Source: an uncultured Candidatus Peribacteria bacterium
GTDB taxonomy: Bacteria; Patescibacteriota; Gracilibacteria; UBA4473
Direction: 5' to 3'
Assembly (NCBI GenBank): GCA_964578905.1
Contig: CAZOER010000003.1
Span: 1,375-65,374, forward strand
DNA length: 64,000 bases
This document shows, in pieces, positions 61,536 to 64,000 of this stretch; the first letter of the stretch is position 1, and each line of letters begins with the position of its first letter. The position numbers and the translations under genes were made by a program. Under the pieces are notes generated by a model. That model searched no databases. It saw only the letters and a list, made by a program, of their open reading frames with translations, and was not told the DNA's origin.

Positions 61536-62705
61536 ATGAAACGAAAATTTAAATTATTCAAAGCCACCATTGTTATTGTTTTAACCTTGGTGATGTTGTC
61601 CGCGTATTCGCAGAATACAGCGGGACAAGAATCTTCAGCCAATGTAATTACCACGGCGGTGCCGTTTTTGATGATTGGTCCTGACGCCTATGCTGGCGGA
61701 ATGGGCAACACAGGTGTTGCTACCGATCCAACAGTGTCTTCCATGCATTGGAATGCTGCAAAATATGCCTTCATAGATGGTGATTTTGGAATAGGATCTT
61801 CTTATAGTCCTTGGCTACGAAAACTCGTGCGAGACATGTATCTTGCTTATTTAACTGCTTACAAAAGACTTGATGAGAATCAAGTTTTTGCGTTCTCCCT
61901 TCGTTATTTTAACCTTGGCTCGTTTACATACTTAGACGAACAGGGGAACGAAGGATGGAGCAGTAATCCAAACGAATGGGCCTTCGATGCAGCCTATGCA
62001 AGAAAGTTTTCAGAGTATTTATCTGGAGCGATAACGTTCCGTGGTATTTATTCGAATCTTTCCGGTGGGCAATTTGTGGGAGGAGTGGAAACCAATCCAG
62101 GCTTTTCTGTTGCAGCGGATGTCTCCCTGTATGGGAAAAAAGATGTTCGTTTTCGTTACACAGAAGCTATTTGGTCCTATGGAGTTGTTATCTCCAATGT
62201 AGGATCAAAGATGGGATACACAGAAAATAGTGATTATTTTCTTCCCACAAACCTTCGTTTTGGAACAGCATTAAAAATACTTATTGATGATTTTAATTCC
62301 TTGGCATTTGCTATGGATTTCAATAAGTTACTCGTTCCAACACCTCCCGAGTATGACTCGGAAGGAAATATTCTCAGGGGAAAAGATCCTAATACGTCAG
62401 TAGTAGGCGGGATCTTTCAATCCTTCGGGGATGCCCCAGGTGGATTTAGTGAGGAACTTAAAGAGTTCCAAATAAGCCTGGGCGCTGAATATTGGTATGA
62501 TGACCAGTTTGCATTACGCATTGGTTATTTCTACGAAAGTGAAGAAAAAGGGAACCGTAATTTTTTTACGGTAGGAGCAGGGTTGAAATATCAATCTTTC
62601 GGGATTGATTTTTCGTATCTTATTTCGACGGTGCAACAGCACCCTTTAGAAAACACAATGCGCTTCTCCTTGTACTACAATCTAGGACAACGCAGAAGAA
62701 GGTAA
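61536..62705 (+). CDS. porV: PorV-like T9SS outer-membrane beta-barrel protein
   Basis: Signal peptide, then VITTAVPFLMIGPDAYAGGMGNTGVATDP...MHWNAAKYAF...AFSLRYFNLG. 389 aa with alternating beta-strand pattern. Confidence 0.7.
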   Translation: MKRKFKLFKATIVIVLTLVMLSAYSQNTAGQESSANVITTAVPFLMIGPDAYAGGMGNTGVATDPTVSSMHWNAAKYAFIDGDFGIGSSYSPWLRKLVRDMYLAYLTAYKRLDENQVFAFSLRYFNLGSFTYLDEQGNEGWSSNPNEWAFDAAYARKFSEYLSGAITFRGIYSNLSGGQFVGGVETNPGFSVAADVSLYGKKDVRFRYTEAIWSYGVVISNVGSKMGYTENSDYFLPTNLRFGTALKILIDDFNSLAFAMDFNKLLVPTPPEYDSEGNILRGKDPNTSVVGGIFQSFGDAPGGFSEELKEFQISLGAEYWYDDQFALRIGYFYESEEKGNRNFFTVGAGLKYQSFGIDFSYLISTVQQHPLENTMRFSLYYNLGQRRRR

Positions 62706-62731
62706 TCATTCTCCAGTATTTTTCATTGATC

Positions 62732-62761
62732 AGAGCCTCGCTTACTTGTAAGTGAGGCTCT
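62732..62761. terminator. Bidirectional terminator hairpin between convergent porV-like and fba genes
   Basis: AGAGCCTCGCTTAC-tt-GTAAGTGAGGCTCT, flanked by T-rich tracts on both strands. Confidence 0.65.
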
Positions 62762-62778
62762 TGATTATGTTTTTTATC

Positions 62779-63708
62779 TTAAGCTTTCCCTGCAGATCCC
62801 AAGATATCAATCTTGTGTTCAACCATTTTTTGAATTTCATCTCGTGCGGGACCGAGGTATTTTCGTGGATCAAATTCCTTCGGGCTTTCGATGAAAACTT
62901 TTCGGATCATAGCGGTCATCACGAGTCGGAGATCCGTATCAATGTTTACTTTTCCAACCCCGTGTTTTACGGCTTCGGCAATGGTTGCTTCATCAACTCC
63001 TTTTGCTCCTGCCAAATCACCTCCGTATTTATTCACAATTTCTACATATTCCTGAGGGACACTTGATGATCCGTGCATAACAAGTGGAGTGTCGGGAAGA
63101 GCTTTGGTAAGATTAACGACTCGTGGCACATCAACATTGCATCCACCAGCGAATTTGTACGCACCGTGACTCGTTCCAATTGCACATGCGAGGGTGTCGA
63201 TTCCCGTTCGTTTTACAAATTCAATCGCTTCCTCGGGATCGGTGAGTCGTGCATCTTTTTCATCAACGACCACGTGTTCTTCGATTCCTCCGAGCGTTCC
63301 GAGTTCGCCTTCTACGATCACACCTCGAGCGTGGGCGTAGTCAACAACCTCTTTTGTTTTCGCAATATTTTCTTCGAAAGGAAGTGCGGATGCATCGATC
63401 ATCACAGAATTAAATCCTGCATCGATAGCACTTTTGCACGTTTCCAAACTATCACCGTGATCCTGATGAACAATAATCGGCAGGTCAGGATACTGTGCTT
63501 CCATAGATTTAATAATATCCATGAGCATTTTGGTGTTCGCATATTTTCGAGCTCCATTTGAGAGTTGTAAAATCAGAGGAGCATTCTTTGCCACGTGAGC
63601 TGCCACGATGGCTTGCGTGATTTCCATATTATTAACGTTGAATGCGCCGATAGCGTATCCGCCATCTTTTGCCTTCATCATGAGATCGAGGGGATTTTTT
63701 ACGATCAT
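62779..63708 (-). CDS. fba: Class II fructose-bisphosphate aldolase
   Basis: GYAIGAFNVNNME, VHQDHG, MHGSSSVP. Confidence 0.9.
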   Translation of the reverse strand: MIVKNPLDLMMKAKDGGYAIGAFNVNNMEITQAIVAAHVAKNAPLILQLSNGARKYANTKMLMDIIKSMEAQYPDLPIIVHQDHGDSLETCKSAIDAGFNSVMIDASALPFEENIAKTKEVVDYAHARGVIVEGELGTLGGIEEHVVVDEKDARLTDPEEAIEFVKRTGIDTLACAIGTSHGAYKFAGGCNVDVPRVVNLTKALPDTPLVMHGSSSVPQEYVEIVNKYGGDLAGAKGVDEATIAEAVKHGVGKVNIDTDLRLVMTAMIRKVFIESPKEFDPRKYLGPARDEIQKMVEHKIDILGSAGKA

Positions 63709-63773
63709 TTTGGGGTTGGGGGTTAAGATTTGTTCATAGATATCTTCTTCTGAAAAAGAGGTTTTGGCAAGAG

Positions 63774-63801
63774 TTGACGTATGACAAAAAGTGGGTAGAG
63801 T
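63774..63801 (+). promoter_or_regulatory. Sigma70-like promoter abutting a start codon (leaderless candidate)
   Basis: TTGACG, 16-nt spacer, TAGAGT ending 6 nt before ATG 63808. Confidence 0.35.
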
Positions 63802-63807
63802 AGTCGT

Positions 63808-64000
63808 AATGGAATTACCAAATAGAACAGAACGGGAATTAATAAATGAGATTGATGAAAAGAGAGAGGAGATAATTGCCTCTGTGTGCGCATTCTTGAG
63901 AGGCGAAAATCACACTGAAGAACCTCTTATAAAAAGTGCTGAAGAATTGCAGAGAGAAAAAGATACACTACAAGGACACCCAAGCAGACATCCGTTTATC
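63808..64000 (+). CDS. Partial ORF running off the window end, unknown function
   Basis: Own translation MELPNRTERELINEIDEKREEIIASVCAFLRGENHTEEPLIKSAEELQREKDTLQGHPSRHPFI, open to the window end. Confidence 0.3.

Noticed and set aside
63073-63561. ORF 63073..63561(+) 162 aa
   Set aside because: It is antisense to class II aldolase, which has canonical HQDHG and HGSSS motifs.
1-64000. Alternative genetic code (UGA or UAG reassignment, as in some reduced uncultivated lineages)
   Set aside because: All conserved genes are full-length under the standard code. TGA, TAA and TAG are all used as stops, including TGA in several ATGA overlap junctions.

Overview
AT-rich, tightly packed bacterial chromosome segment with about 60 protein genes, many joined by 1-4 nt ATGA/TAATG overlaps, and 3 tRNAs. 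I saw no rRNA, CRISPR array, transposase, integrase or reverse transcriptase. Shine-Dalgarno motifs are largely absent, and several sigma70-like promoters sit only 4-9 nt from the start codon. Most of the window is housekeeping: mutY-like, glnA, mutS, murD, gmk, uvrC, tsaD, topA, cysS, folB/folE/folK, purB, holB, aroD, a 2-subunit 2-oxoacid:ferredoxin oxidoreductase, murJ, fba. Interspersed accessory content: (i) two paralogous secreted membrane proteins, each made of three TM-hairpin units (1.6-3.6 kb); (ii) a 1429-aa membrane-anchored coiled-coil giant with a small C-terminal Arg/His module and a tightly linked 83-aa acidic ORF, next to a tRNA-Lys whose 3' end is duplicated (4.0-9.0 kb); (iii) a murD gene translationally coupled to a PP-loop protein (MurL-like candidate), plus an unlisted LysW-like zinc-ribbon micro-ORF (15-17.8 kb); (iv) an Flp/TadE/TadG/DUF192 pilin operon with a divergent prepilin peptidase but no secretion ATPase or platform in the window (18.7-21.6 kb); (v) an Elp3-type radical-SAM/GNAT enzyme; (vi) a 14-kb surface island (44.7-58.5 kb) holding two divergent tandem Ig-like-repeat proteins, one with a T9SS C-terminal sorting domain and one with a novel Arg-rich C-terminal domain, then two very acidic signal-less proteins, an orphan soluble histidine kinase and an ATP-grasp enzyme; (vii) a PorV-like T9SS outer-membrane protein. 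A family of paired, inverted GTCAYYC palindromic (REP/MITE-like) elements occupies at least four intergenic sites. All functional calls rest on motifs read by eye. No database search was possible.
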